Shown one piece after another: positions 18,301 to 28,541 of a stretch of 64,000 nucleotides of DNA. Every line of letters begins with the position of its first letter. Position 1 is the first letter of the stretch. A program made the position numbers and the translations under genes. Under the pieces are notes generated by a model, which saw nothing but the letters and a program-made list of their open reading frames with translations, ran no database searches and had not been told where the DNA came from. The stretch comes from Ramazzottius varieornatus (lineage: Eukaryota; Animalia; Tardigrada): contig BDGG01000003.1 in assembly GCA_001949185.1 (NCBI GenBank), positions 2,835,158-2,899,157 on the forward strand, read 5' to 3'.

Positions 18301-19210
18301 TGCAAATCCTTTCCGCTGTGTCTAATTTCATTATTGCACCGGAGGGCACTCAAGCATTGGATAAGTGCTCCATGTCGAATATCGCTCACCTCAGTGACGT
18401 TAAGTAGATACTACGGGATTCCGAATGGAAAGAAAAAATGAGTGTAAGAAAAAAACTGATGAAAACCCATTCAATCGGAAGTTGGAAACAATACAGGAAA
18501 AAAACATACCTTGTCATCCCTCTTTCCTTCTGTAAACTTGTCACCAGCGACCCAATTTGTAACGCAGCCATTATTCCACTGTTCGTCTCCGCTACCAGCT
18601 GCTGGCTTCTGACGGCCTTCGTAATAATTAGTCCACACTAAAAGAAAAGTTTTAATTGAAGCTGGGCACACAAAACGTACAGAAAGCATATTCTCAAGTG
18701 GCGCACGTTTTCATTGTCACTGGTTGGGACGGTGCGCCACTCGAGGTAACCATACTAAACGTTGTGTGTGCCCGGTTTCAAGTATTCAGGGTAAACTTGG
18801 ACCATTGAGGGACTGAAATTTACTTCGACGAAGACCACGATCATCGGTACAGCGAAGATGACCAGCAGTCGGACCACTCTTGCTCGATGAGTCGCACTGT
18901 TGTCTTTCGAGAAATTTCGGAATTCGTTCTCCATCCCATCGGGCATGCTGTGGACACTGTTTCGCGTGGGTTCACGGAGAGCAATAGTTGTCGAAGGTTC
19001 GGCTTTTCGCAGTGCATGGGCCACATCCGGTAAGTTTTCTTTTGCTGGTCTCCGGCCGGTGTTTAGTCGAGAGGTGGTAGTTAAAGTAGGCGACGAAACT
19101 GTACCATGGTCCGAGCGAAGGGACCCATGAGGCGAAGGTGTGGGCGAAACCTTGGCCGATCTGTTCGACGGAATACTGAATGAAACTTTGTTCCGCATTG
19201 TCAAGCACAT
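15335..19210 (-). CDS. NIT-domain transmembrane guanylyl cyclase, copy C (canonical catalytic residues)
   Basis: TM1 [19 protein letters not shown]; NIT motifs [15 protein letters not shown] and KDTIG|LQRALGG; TM2 [18 protein letters not shown]; coiled coil [18 protein letters not shown]; cyclase [63 protein letters not shown]. Confidence 0.9.
17670..17718. repeat. Partial hairpin element copy in an intron of NIT-GC copy C
   Basis: TTCTCATTGTTATTGGCTGGAGGGGTGCGCCACTC, i.e. the family loop plus right arm. Confidence 0.6.
18690..18753. repeat. Hairpin element copy in the first intron of NIT-GC copy C
   Basis: CTCAAGTGGCGCAC-GTTTTCATTGTCACTGGTTGGGACG-GTGCGCCACTCGAG. Confidence 0.75.
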
Positions 19211-20453
19211 GGAAAAACTAATTCACACAAAATGAAGCCGATAAAATGATAGCCGACGTAATACGCCCAAGACCCATTATGACAAATTTTTGCGTGGTTG
19301 GCGGACGAAATCTGTCGCCAGCGAGAGGTTACTGTATGTGGAACTATGATGAGTGCGAACATGTTTTCGCGGTATCCTACGATTCGTTGTTCACGTGAGC
19401 GGCTCAGTGCGATCCTTGAAAAAGATGAGGAGTGCTACTTAGCACGCATCAGTCTCAACAAAGTCCCGGAAATCCATACAACCAACCCCGCACTGATACC
19501 TTTCACTTTCCCTCCTCCTCTTTCCGTGAAATGCGCATCTACTGCGGGCGTGCACTGCATAGTGCCTCCTGTTCGGTCGTTTGGTTCTTGCGGTGGCATA
19601 AAGATCCATCTCGATGGAATCCCGGAAACGGACAAAAGACTTATTCTACTGATCCATGTTTCCGTACTTCGCGTGCGTACACTTTGCTGCGTTGGTTCTT
19701 CGTCGGTCTTTTTGCGTTCGCCAAGAGATACAAAAGACAAAGCGCCACCTAGCGGTGAAATCGATTTCCCGCAGCGGATACGCCAAACAGTCCAAGCCTT
19801 TTCCCGCCTCTGTGGATTCGCGCTCTGCGATTCTGAAGCAATCAGAACTCTGGATGGCCCCGGACCCCGGATGACTAATTGATTAAATTACAGAGCTTGA
19901 TTCGGCATCGATCCAGATCAGCGATATTGAAACACGACCAGAGGTACGTATTTGCGTTGGATGAATACCGGATGCGAAACGTCAGACTCAGACAGACTGT
20001 GCGCAGTGTCGTAACACGCCGGTGCAAAGGACCCACAAAGGCCATCACACCAACAACAAATTTGCACTCCGCCTTATCGAAAGTGTTCTGCTACAAGCCG
20101 ACGATTCTTTGCTAACCTTGACCTTACAAAAGCTCCCTCCGCATTCCGCCTTAATCCGGCTCTAGCCACAGACCAAATATCTTTCAGAAATGAAAGAAGA
20201 AAATTTGCTGACGCAGCTGGCAAATATTTTAGTAAATATTACAGCCTGCAATCTGTCATTTGCACCCGAGAGCGATTGTCAGATTCCGGGTTTCTTCCGT
20301 CTGGTTTCAACTATAAAATGACAAGGAGTATTCCCTCTCTCGTCCGCTTTCTACTTGCCTTCCGGATACGTCGAGTCTCTCATAGCAGACAACTCTGTCG
20401 AAACTTCAATTTGCCTTAGAATTGCATTTCGCCATCAGAAGAAAGACACCATC

Positions 20454-20852
20454 ATGGACATTTCCTGCCTAAACTTGACCATTTTCACGATCGCAATGAC
20501 ATTCCTGCTCACGCTTTGCAACGGACAAAGAGCAGGCATCTGTCCAAGTGGAGGACCCGGAAATGGAGCAGCCCAGTGCAACTACGACAACATGTGCCCT
20601 TATCCACAAAAGTGTTGTCCGATCGGAGCAACAGGCTTTTCGTACTGCGCAAACCCAATCGGCGGTAACACGGGTTACACCAACGTCATTGTGGGGACTC
20701 CCAACTACAAAAGAGGCTATTGTCCCAACCGGCAATACTTCGTGAACTGCTACCGAGCCACTTACTACTGCAACAACGACTACAACTGTGCAGGAAACCT
20801 CAAATGCTGTTCTAATGGATGTGGTAGACAGTGCACTTCTCCCTACTTTTAG
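20454..20852 (+). CDS. Secreted double-WAP (four-disulfide core) domain protein, intronless
   Basis: Signal-peptide-like start MDISCLNLTIFTIAMTFLLTLCNG, followed by RAGICP..C....CPYPQKCC and KRGYCP..C..CNNDYNCAGNLKCCSNGCGRQC. Confidence 0.85.
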   Translation: MDISCLNLTIFTIAMTFLLTLCNGQRAGICPSGGPGNGAAQCNYDNMCPYPQKCCPIGATGFSYCANPIGGNTGYTNVIVGTPNYKRGYCPNRQYFVNCYRATYYCNNDYNCAGNLKCCSNGCGRQCTSPYF

Positions 20853-22076
20853 TTTTTCATGCTTTGAGATCCCGACCCATTGCCCACTTTGCGCTGCCTT
20901 GTACGTGACCACCAGCATGCTAATGTGATAGCGAAAATAAATACGATTTATGCAGAGAGCGTATCTTTCAGCTCAAAACCCGAAACTCAAAGTTTCCCCA
21001 AAATCAGCAACAACCAAGGAACAACCACTAGTACTGTGTCAACACTTGCACGGGTCGCTAGTCGAGGCAGAACCGGGAGTAAATTATGTAACCGTACCCA
21101 CAGGTTCGCCGAATACGTAGAGCATACATCATTCGATTTGTGTCCTTGCCGAAAGTGCTTAAACAAAGCTTTGCGAGCTAGCAATCAAAAATCAGCAACA
21201 TTTGACATCTGCATGCAGTTGAAGGTATGGCGATTTGGTTTACACCTCTATTATACTTTCACTACCAAGTACCAACTAAAGAAGAACACCTTCTACTCTG
21301 TTATGGTAGAATGTTTTGAGGACAACAACGGAATTCTTTTTGGGAGCTCCATAGAAGCCTGATTCGCAACTCCCATTTTCTTGACTGTGTCAGTGGAAAA
21401 AAACAGCCGCTATGGGACCTCTCAGAGGGGTTCTGACCTTCATTTTGGTTTTAGTCGCTTTCTGCGATGGAAAAGAAGTCTATGTTTGTCCCCTTGGAGG
21501 ACCTCCTGTCAGCGGCAATCGACAATGCTGAGCTGACTACAACAGGACTCAGCTGACAGCAAGCACCGCCGGGATACGTATTGCGCCAATGCGATTCTGC
21601 TGGACAGCGGTCCGAGGAAGGGTGGTGACCATCTACCGGCAACCATTCGTCTTCTCGTTGCTGGCGCAGTTTTGTTCATCACATGGAATCTCAATTACTC
21701 ACATCTCGAAAGGTGAAATTATGGACTGAACGTCTGTCCAAAGTTCGCTAAATCCAGTGCTGCGCTTGTCTACAGTATTGTAGTACAGTATAATTTCACA
21801 TTTCCGTGTAACTCATGTAAAACAGCGTTGCAGATATGTAGCCCTTTAAAAATTTCGCTGATATTTGCGCTAAATATTTCACAAACAATGCAGCCAGCGA
21901 AATTTGCCTTTCTCTTGTCATTTATATTTCAGAAGACCTGCATCAAAATCAGCCCCTATCTTCATGAAAGAGTCTGCCCACTGTTCGTCCGATACTCTAA
22001 ACTCGGAACGGCCACCGAATGATCATGTATTAATCTTTCTTTGTTTCCATACTAAACTGCCAGCTTTACCGTCACG

Positions 22077-22505
22077 ATGTGTTCCGACGCCATAATCTTT
22101 AGCTTGGCCATCCTACTGATTACAGCTATGCTCGCCAGTTGCCACGGTCAAGTCTTCGGCCCAATCGAAAGGCCCGGCGTCTGTCCAGGTGGAGGACCCG
22201 CCAACGGCGACCGACAATGCCGCTACGAAAGCATGTGTCCTTCTCCCCAAAAGTGATGCCCGGTTCTCGGTACTACCGGCGTATCCTACTGCGCCACACC
22301 CGTCAGGCTGGACAACGGTATCGGAAAGAGTGGATACGGCCCCAACCGTCAGTACTACAAGACCTGCGCCAGCGGAAGTCTCAACGGCTGCAGCAACGAC
22401 TAAAACTGTCCAGAAACTCTCAAGTGCTGCTTCACCGGGTGCGGAAAACAGTGCACACCTCGTGTCACTAATTCCAACGTACTTGGACAGATATTTTCTG
22501 GCTAA
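22077..22505 (+). pseudogene. Tandem paralog of the WAP gene with in-frame stops
   Basis: The frame from ATG 22077 aligns with the 20454 protein (RPGVCPGGGPANGDRQCRYESMCPSPQK*CP...CSND*NCPETLKCCFTGCGKQC). It has TGA at 22254, TAA at 22401, and a Cys->Gly change in GYGPN. Confidence 0.8.
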
Positions 22506-22534
22506 ATTGGGACGATAGGAAATGGTCTGAGCAT

Positions 22535-22610
22535 CTACGTGGCGCACGTGCTCATTGTTACTGGCTGGATTGTGTACGCCACTAGGAAAAACGGTACTGT
22601 TCAAGTCATT
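22535..22610. repeat. Hairpin element copy between the WAP pseudogene and the SMYD 3' end
   Basis: GTGGCGCAC-GTGCTCATTGTTACTGGCTGGATTGT-GTACGCCACTAGGAAAAACG. Confidence 0.7.
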
Positions 22611-22816
22611 TCCCGATGTTTAAATTATGTGTGTTGTTTTTCATATGCTTTAGTCTACAAACATTCATACCCAAAACAATTTCACCAGCAGAACGAAATG
22701 ATTATTCGAGTGTTTGGTGAAAAATGGGAAACATGATAATATTGGAGGTATTTTCTCATGCGACTATTGAAGTATAGATTCCAAGTTCGTTCAGGCACTC
22801 ACCATTCAAGTCTTTC

Positions 22817-25065
22817 TCAGTGATGATGGTTGCAACAGCCGCCGCCATGTCCATGTTGGTGGCCGTGTGACTGTTGGATGGCTGAAGGTAAACTTTGCCT
22901 CAAAGCCGTCGTCAGCGTCATCAGCATTTCCAGAGCCTTCTTGTAAACAGCCGATCCAATGCCTGTAGCGTCAGCAGTAATGTCCACTGCGTTCTTGGCT
23001 AGCAGCTCCAAGTCTTCGTACAGGCTCTTATCCCTTATACGCATTTTCAGTCCGATGTGAACTAGCTGTAGCAAGTGCGACCCTACTGCTATGTGTTTGG
23101 GTGGGTAAGCGAAGGTAGTGCCTTCTAGGGCGTTCTGACTGAAGGTAAAAGCCATCGGGAGATTGCTCATTGAGGTATAGGCCGATGAACAAAGTAAGGA
23201 CATTGTGCAAATTACAAAGTTCTTTGGATGCAGAAGACCTGCAGCGTCCCGGAGGATCGGGTCCGCTAGCTTCACCACCGTCGTGAAGTCACCGGCTGCC
23301 GCGCGAGACTGCATTTGCTTCATGGCAACTTCAGCGTGAGACATCAGGTCCTCGGCGGCTGCGACAGACTGGTCGGGGTATTTGGTTCCGCAGTGGGCGC
23401 ATTTGTAGTCACCGGGTGCTTGAGCTTTGAAAGGGACGGACTCTCCGCACTTCTTGTCGATGCACATTGCACTCTGAAGAAACGCATCCTGGAAAACAAG
23501 CAAGAAATCTTCAGAAGACTGATGCAGTGTTTTTATCGAGTTGGACAAAGACTGTCTTTCATGCGGTCACGAAGGGTTACTTGGCACGACAGTAAATTTA
23601 GCATATTTTGTACGGTCTAACTAGCCCGTGCTCGGCACCAATTTGGTAGGCGTCTTCGTAGGAAAAATGGCAAAATATACTCAGCACCCAAAACAACTGA
23701 CGAGTTTCGACGCCCGTACTTACGTGGATTAGGTCTTGGCATCCTACGCATTCACAGTGAAAGAAATACTGCTCCTTCAGGTACTGCCGACGGAGACGCG
23801 TAGGTTGATTCAGATCGGCATAGGTAACTCTGACCTATAACAAAAGCAGGATGAATATGCGAGCAGACAAGCCTTTCTCATAAAGAACAGATCAAAATGT
23901 TGGTCTCCTACATCATCTAGAGCTGCAATTTCGTCTATAGCATAGACCAGCATGTCGGGCCCGTCATAAGACTGGCAGGCATTCGGTCGGCACGAGTGGT
24001 CGAACTTTCCAGCAGACAGGAACAGTCCATGGCCGATGCACTCATTAAAGGAACCTTGGATGGAGTACGCGTTGCTCTTTATGCGACTGTAAATTTCTCC
24101 AAGGGAGTCGAACTGCAACAAGTCCGCGTAAGCTGGATCGTTGAAGAAGGAAGAAAGCGTGGTCGACGATTCAGCAACATACGTCGCGATTTCCTTATCC
24201 TCCTTTGCTTCAGACCAATCTAAAACACAGCGTAAGTATGCAAACCCGGAGAAGACGTCAAAATATCCGCAACGGACGCACTTACGAGAGGCGAGGTGGT
24301 AGAATTTGCGCTTAAAAGGGGTTTCGTTCCGCGATGAATCTTCCGAATCAAGGCCCATCTATTAAGCAAAGAATGTGTCTCACGGGATCATCACCACGGA
24401 TAAGAATACTGTGGGACGCACCTTCAGCTTGAGGACGGTTTGAGCAAGAAGGTACATGAAGCTAGACAGTTTGCCTTCTGTCCGTAGCAGACCACCGCAT
24501 TCGTGCTTGTGATTCTCCTTCCATGCTTTCTTCTGTAACAGAAACGACGTAGATATCTTTGGTATTGTAAGGCACTATGTGTCCCTGAGAGGCATATCGC
24601 AGCGTACGCTACATAGCATTCATGACTCTGCAAACCAACTCCACCACATCCTTTCTGCAAGTAGCGCACATTTACAGTGTTGGCAGCTGGAGGCATGCGC
24701 CACTTGAGAAAACGATCCGGCGGAGTTGGTTTGACGAGCACCCGATAGATACCTGCAAGTTTCAACCCCCTGTGCTACCCTCTTGAACTCACCTGACATT
24801 CCGGAGAGCAATAACAAGCTATCTTGCACTTGGCACAGCGTTTCGCTGAGGGATCACTGCGAAGCAGGAGCACATACTCAAAAGTCAGCGATGACGTGTA
24901 GAATGCAACGGAGAAATTACTACGGTATGGAAACGTTCGCATTCCGTGGGTGCTAACTTACAAAGCAAAGCAGTACTCGCAGAACTGTCCGCGACGGGAT
25001 CCTTCCAGGACGTAAGAGAAGGGATGGTTCTTAAGGATGCGATCACCGAGTTGGTAACGAGGCAT
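22817..25065 (-). CDS. SMYD-family (SET + MYND) lysine methyltransferase
   Basis: Exon 1 reads MPRYQLGDRILKNHPFSYVLEGSRRGQFCEYCF. MYND motifs RCAKCKIACYCSPECQ and AWKENHKHEC; SET motifs IKSNAYSI and GLFLSAGKFDHSCRPN; post-SET QYFFHCECVGC; TPR-like C-terminal helices. Confidence 0.88.
24650..24720. repeat. Hairpin element copy in a SMYD intron
   Basis: CAAGTAGCGCAC ... ATGCGCCACTTGAGAAAACGATC. Confidence 0.65.
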
Positions 25066-28000
25066 CCTGCAGGATGTTGCATGCACATGAAGTCACAGCG
25101 AATCAGCTGTCCATGTCATCATACAAAGCCCGCGTCGATCGACCTTGTGCACTTATCCACGCATAACTGCCTGAGACCAGCTATTCTCCACGGTATCTGC
25201 AAAGGGAACAGATCTATCTTCTTCTCCTGAGATCCTCATCCAAGAAGACGAGACAGACAGAAAGGCCTGCAGCCTGCAGGACGCAAAATTGAGTTGAAAA
25301 TACAGAGATTAAGTTGCCACTTCGGTTCACTTTGCAACAGTAGCTACGGACTTTTTCTGCCCCTTTCGTGACGTGTATTCACGGTTTGCTTTCCGGATCT
25401 CCCCCTTGTTTTCGAAAAATAGCGTGATAGGAGTTACGGTTAGCTAGCATTGGGAAGCATGGCGGCTGCCCAACTATTCAAATCAAATATTAGCTGCTGC
25501 GCTTATCATTTCAGCTACAGTCGGATTTCCATCCTGCGGTGGCAATTTAATGTCTGTATTACATTCTACATTCTGAACATCTGAATTTTTTCGGGGGGAT
25601 TTTTGCAGTTGGAATGGCTAATCCCCGAAACGGAATTGGCCAAGGGTGGGGAACTTTGAAAATCTATGTGAATCTATCAAAAATCTATCAAAATCCAAAT
25701 CTATCTTCAAAATGTATGTGAGCATCATTGCCCGTAATACTTGCCATGTCAAAACCAGAACTCGATTTGAGATGTGCTATTATACTTATCATGAATCGGT
25801 AGATGGATCACGGTTTTCAGTATAATAGCCCACTTCCCCAGCTCAAGGGTAATGGATCAGGTGTTGAGAAATGAGTGCCGAGACTCGGATCATGGAATTA
25901 GAAAACCATGCTCGACGCCGTTCAGGATGTGGATTTTTCAATCTAAAATGCATCAGACATAAAGACCTGCGTCCAACGCCGCGCTGGATGTAATTGTTGT
26001 AGCGATGTCTCGCCGCATTGTTTTAAAAATAAGCACTCTGATGGAAGACCTAAATCCCCTTTCACAAGGCAAACAAGCCGAATGATGGCCCAATCGAATC
26101 ACAATCTATAGCACTAGAAAAAGTTTGAGACTTCGATCACCAGGCTCAAGTACCACGTTTTCGCAACTTTCACATCCCGGGATGTGGCGAGATTGGAAGT
26201 GAGAGTGGAAAACGCGAACGGCCACCGTTTCCCAGGAATCGAGTGCGGAGAAATGGAATATACCGCTCAATTTAGGCAAGGGCATTGGCCCTCCCATCCG
26301 GCAACAAAATTTCATCGTTCTGGTTCCCTGATTTTCGACACGGAATTTTAACAATCTTTTGAAATTGGTCCTGCTGATATATTTTTTCAGATTTGTAGTT
26401 TCTTTGTGCTGATACCCTTTGCGAGTCAGGTATGGGACGGAGTGGTTGCAGAGGATGAGAAACTGGCTCAGGCAAAGGACCGAAGTGGATGCCCTGCTCG
26501 ATCGAAGATTCGTGATAGCTGGTAATAGAGGTACAACTAAGTTTTTGACTGGTCTATACTAGTCTGTAGCAGGGCTTCTTTCTGATTGCATCTTCGAACG
26601 CCTATTGAGCAGGTTATTATGTTTCTTCGAATGTTATGATTGCCGGGGATCTTCGTGAGTTTTGTTCGTCCGACGACTGGGCGGAAAAGTGGCTAGCTTC
26701 GGCACGTACAGAGTCTTGTAAAGGCAGCGCCAACTTCACGAGGACTTTATAGGGAACTGTCGATATACTACGGGCAGGATCAAGATCTCTCAACGACAAC
26801 AAGGCGTACTTTCCCTTGATGTCTAATGTTCCTGCTATTTATGATGTCTGATGTGTGTATCTGCAGGCAACGGCAACGCGAGAGTCGAAGAAAACGAGGA
26901 CGTACAGCACTTTGCGTCGCTGATGTACTATGGTGAAGAGTAGTTTGAAAGTCACGCCCCCATACACCGCCTTCCTCTATATCGTTTATTGCACCTCTCT
27001 TTGGTAATTCCAGACTCTGGCTGATACAAGCCACTTTTCCGTCTGGAATGGGAACACGAGCCTGGGCAAACAGGAGAACGGACGAGCGAGTGAGACTATC
27101 TTGACGACGGTGATGCTGATGCCGGTCGTGAATGCCATAGGCCCATAGCGACTTGCTCCAAATCACTTCATAGGCATCTGCTCGTATACTGTAGGTTTAA
27201 CGTAAAGGGCAGATCTTGCGGTCGTGGCATGTGCTCTCTTCCCTTTTGAGTTCGCTGAAGAGTAGGACCGGCGCTTCCCTCTTGTTTAAACTTCAGGCCT
27301 GTGTAAAGACGACTCTCGGTCGCGTTGATCTCCTTGTTAGAAGAATGAAATTCTTTCTGATCTGACACTGTCTGTTTATTTTCCCTGTTGTTCTTGGAAG
27401 AAACTAGTCGTTGCCTGACTGTCTGTGATTCCATATTTTCATCTTCTCCGTGACTTCATCGTTTTTGGCATAGTGGTTCCCCTTTGAGTGTTCGGTGAAT
27501 ATCCAGCCACTTCCGTGTTGTTCGATCCTACCGCTAATTGGTAATTTGTTGCGTTCACGTAGGTGGGTGTATTATTTTGCTGTTTGGACACAGACAATAA
27601 TTTTGCAAGTAGCTCGCTGACGTCCAAGTCAATCGTTACACGCTCGTATTGAGCCTGTTTTTTCTTCCTCCTCCTCTGCATAGTTGTAGTATATGGATTG
27701 AGGACGCTGTGGAAGTAAAAATAACCCACATTTCCGCACGTTTACATCCTTCCGTCAATTGAAAATTCACTCTTATGCCAACGACTTATCTGGGATCGAA
27801 GCAGCCGAGGAAATATAGCCGGTTATACTTTATGACCAACTGCGTGCTTGGCCGCATCCCGCCATATTCCGACCGCACTGATTGCGCTCTAAAACTTATG
27901 TTGCTGTCGACTGCAGGAATTCACATTGTGCAGTGCAGCAGAGGCCGACGATGAGCATCTACGAGTTCGATTTGTCGCAGCATATTGCTCCCGTCTATTT

Positions 28001-28541
28001 ACTTCCTGCTAACGATATATGCCAAATAACAAAGCACTTTGACATTTGCATCTAGCTGCAGAGCCTTCCCCGGAGTAGACCGGGTCCTCTGTGCCTTCGC
28101 AAAGGGGGATGCCCGCAGAATTGAAACAAGTAGCGAGGATAGTGTCCATACGATTTCAGGTATCCCATGTCATGAGCTAGCGTTTAGGCGCTACCCTTAT
28201 TTCCTGCCATCCCGTGCTGCGTTGCAATTTAGCCCCATCGTTTCGTGACACTCATCTTTTACCTTTTATCTCATTCACAGAAGCGGTATTAGCTGAAGCT
28301 CGTCGGCAAAAACCGGCATTGCGTTATCGCATGGTTAACTTACGTCCTGCGGGTACCTCGACAAAAACAGAGGCGTGGTGAACTACCTGGCTTATTGTAT
28401 CAGCTTAATTGCGAAGACCCTTTGGGACCTCGGACATACCTTTTTTCATGGAGCAGCGGTGAACCGAATAAACTTCTTCCGGTGCGGGGATTGTGAGGCG
28501 CTTGTGGGTTCTTCCCCTGCAACGGCAATGAAGCTTGTGAA

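Noticed and set aside
19298-19882. 194-aa plus-strand ORF upstream of NIT-GC copy C
   Set aside because: Non-ATG start, no motif and no supporting exon structure.
22254-22256. Selenocysteine recoding of the TGA in the WAP paralog
   Set aside because: There is a second in-frame TAA and another lost Cys. The downstream hairpin belongs to the dispersed repeat family and is not an evident SECIS.
22113-22604. Overlapping ORFs of 109-163 aa on both strands
   Set aside because: Shadow frames of the WAP pseudogene, whose true frame starts at 22077.
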